Assembly: GCA_964252075.1 (NCBI GenBank) | Contig: CAXULY010000057.1 | Span: forward strand, 1 to 28,001 | DNA: 28,001 nucleotides | Source: an uncultured Deinococcaceae bacterium | GTDB lineage: Bacteria; Deinococcota; Deinococci; Deinococcales; Deinococcaceae | Direction: 5' to 3' | Shown: piece after piece, positions 27,285-28,001 of the stretch | Numbering within the stretch: position 1 is the stretch's first letter | Layout of the letters: each line of letters begins with the position of its first letter | Translations under genes and position numbers: made by a program | The notes under the pieces: model-generated | Told to the model about the DNA's origin: nothing | The model's database searches: none | The model's input: only the letters and a program-made list of their open reading frames with translations

Positions 27285-28001
27285 ATGGATGCCGACCGTT
27301 CGTGCCGTCTGGAAGTGTTGGGCAAACCCCGCCTCGTCTTCTCGGACGGGCGGGTGATGCCCCTGGATGGCAAGGGGCTGGCCCTCGTCGCGTACCTGGC
27401 GCTGGAGGGGCCCACGCCTCGCTCGCGTCTGGCGGGTCTGCTGTGGCCGGAGACGCCGGAGGGCGCGGCGCGCAACAACCTCGTGCACCTCATCCGGCGC
27501 ACGCACCGCAACGCGGGCGGCGCGCTGCTGCGCGCGGACGATCTGGTCGCCCTGATGGAGGGCGTGCAGGTGGACGCCCACGCGCTCCTGGAGGAGGGCG
27601 CCACCGAGGTGGAGGTGGGCGGCGCGCTGCTTGAGGGCGTGGAGTTCGACGATCAGGTGGACTTCGCGGACTGGCTGCTGGCGTGGCGGGAGCGGCTGTC
27701 GGGCCTGTGGGCGCGGCGACTCACGCAGGTCGCGGCGCGGCAGGAGGCCGCGGGTGACCTGGACGCGGCACTCGTGACGGCCGCGCGGTTGCTGGACGCG
27801 AACCCCGTGTCGGAGGACGCGCACCGCCGCCTGATGCGCCTGCATTACCTCGCAGGGGACCGCGGCGCGGCCCTCGCGGCCTTCGAGCGCTGCCGTGCAG
27901 TGCTGCACCGCGAGTTCGGCGCGGAGCCGCTCCCGGAGACGCTCGCGCTGGCGCGGGAGGTGGAGCGCGGGGAGGTCGCGGTGCCTCGGCCGCCGTCTAG
28001 G
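27285..28001 (+). CDS. SARP/BTAD (AfsR/DnrI-type) transcriptional regulator, 3'-truncated by window edge
   Basis: Own translation: MDADRSCRLEVLGKPRL..LALVAYLALEGPTPRSRLAGLLWPE..ARNNL..DFADWL..RERL..PVSEDAHRRLMRLHYLAGDRGAAL..FERC..L.REFGAEP. No stop before 28001. Confidence 0.9.
   Translation, partial: MDADRSCRLEVLGKPRLVFSDGRVMPLDGKGLALVAYLALEGPTPRSRLAGLLWPETPEGAARNNLVHLIRRTHRNAGGALLRADDLVALMEGVQVDAHALLEEGATEVEVGGALLEGVEFDDQVDFADWLLAWRERLSGLWARRLTQVAARQEAAGDLDAALVTAARLLDANPVSEDAHRRLMRLHYLAGDRGAALAAFERCRAVLHREFGAEPLPETLALAREVERGEVAVPRPPSR

Noticed and set aside
27998..28000. TAG near the window end as the stop of the BTAD gene
   Set aside because: It is out of frame. The reading frame ends TCT-AGG and continues past the window.

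Overview
GC-rich bacterial DNA, most consistent with Deinococcus: tandem-GAF kinases, STAND/BTAD regulators, a C-H-H type CsoR and many apparently leaderless genes. It is an accessory or metabolic mosaic with no rRNA, tRNA, CRISPR or IS element visible. In order it holds: the 3' part of a multi-GAF histidine kinase; a TetR gene divergent from a three-gene exported redox operon (c-type cytochrome, an atypical PQQ-type beta-propeller dehydrogenase, and a secreted protein of unknown family); a PLP ammonia-lyase; an ArsR-SRPBCC-RibD/DHFR-like operon followed by a cupredoxin; a secreted beta-helix-like protein; a dienelactone hydrolase; divergent SDR/TetR and MarR/cupin pairs; a GAF-GAF-degenerate GGDEF-winged-helix protein; a csoR-copZ/copA copper locus; an NB-ARC-TPR-LuxR regulator; a secreted vWA protein with internal repeats; two small exported or membrane proteins; and the 5' part of a SARP/BTAD regulator missing from the ORF track. 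Several operators and promoters can be read directly from the sequence. The best candidate for an undescribed system is the cytochrome c / non-canonical quinoprotein / unknown secreted protein operon (3610-6340). All family calls come from motif recognition by eye; no searches were run.
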